A stretch of 64,000 bases of DNA from Raja brachyura (lineage: Eukaryota), in contig OY740808.1 in the NCBI GenBank assembly GCA_963514005.1, positions 18,228,001 through 18,292,000 of the forward strand, read 5' to 3'. Positions 63,359 to 64,000 of the stretch are shown here, one piece after another. Below the pieces are notes generated by a model that was not told the DNA's origin, searched no databases, and saw only the letters and a list, made by a program, of their open reading frames with translations. The position numbers and the translations under genes are program-made. Position 1 is the stretch's first letter, and every line of letters starts with the position of its first letter.

Positions 63359-64000
63359 AGCTTGATTTCTCTCACCGCAAAGGACAGTGACAACACAGGA
63401 ATACACCCACTGCCCGAAACCTGCCCCTCGTGTCACACACCATCTCTCCTGGACACGGACAACCATTCATTCCTTCATCGTCACTGGGTCTGGGTGGGAC
63501 CGCCTCCTTCACACCGCGGTGTTTGCGGAGAGCTGCTGATGACCACTCTCTCGGGATGGTCAGGAAGGGTAACCTACCACGATTTTTGCCATCTAAACCC
63601 ACGTCATAAATAACTTTGTAAAAATAGATTCCTTTGTCTCTCGTGTTTCCTTTTCCATTTATTCTCTGTACATTTTATATTCAAATTGATTTTCCTTTAC
63701 ATTATTTAGTGGACAACTGGCATCCCCCTCCCCCCTCCCCCCCTTCATGGTCTCTAAGTAATCGTGACGCAGACTTCCTCGACATTCAGTAACCCCTGGA
63801 CCTCCTGCTGGTTGCTGTGCTGTGCGGAGCAAGCAGCAAAGGCGACCCGACTCCTGTTTAAACGCTGCCCACTGCACCAGTACAATGCTAGCTTCCCCTT
63901 TTCTGCCTTGCATTTATTAGGCCCGATCCCAGCTGAACCTGCCAGAGTTATTCCTCCTCCACTAACCTTTAACAGAGACTGGGAACAATCCCACTGGTGA

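Overview
Eukaryotic, repeat-rich, mostly intronic/intergenic DNA. The repeat complement (HE1-type tRNA-derived V-SINEs, CR1/HER1-type LINEs, Rex1/Babar-type LINEs, an L1, Penelope-like remnants) points to a cartilaginous fish, probably a skate or ray (inference). No complete host gene is present and I cannot name one. There is a CpG island with a probable first exon of a + strand gene (~41.65-42.08 kb) and a probable first exon of a - strand gene (~24.2-24.6 kb), plus a few weaker exon candidates. The most notable signal is a short repeat with roughly 30 copies by eye, several carrying a minimal type-I hammerhead ribozyme motif (CTGAAGA-A-GGGTCTCGACCC-GAAACGTC). It is physically linked to a Penelope-like GIY-YIG endonuclease remnant. 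It is repeatedly inserted as fold-back palindromes of variable size, flanked by 10-13 bp target-site duplications. Other items: non-autonomous hAT and PIF/Harbinger MITEs, a Helitron-like 3' end, an unexplained 41-bp inverted-repeat pair 1.6 kb apart, and an ungapped 109-bp diverged duplicate. Repeat boundaries were read by eye and are approximate unless a TSD or TIR is quoted.
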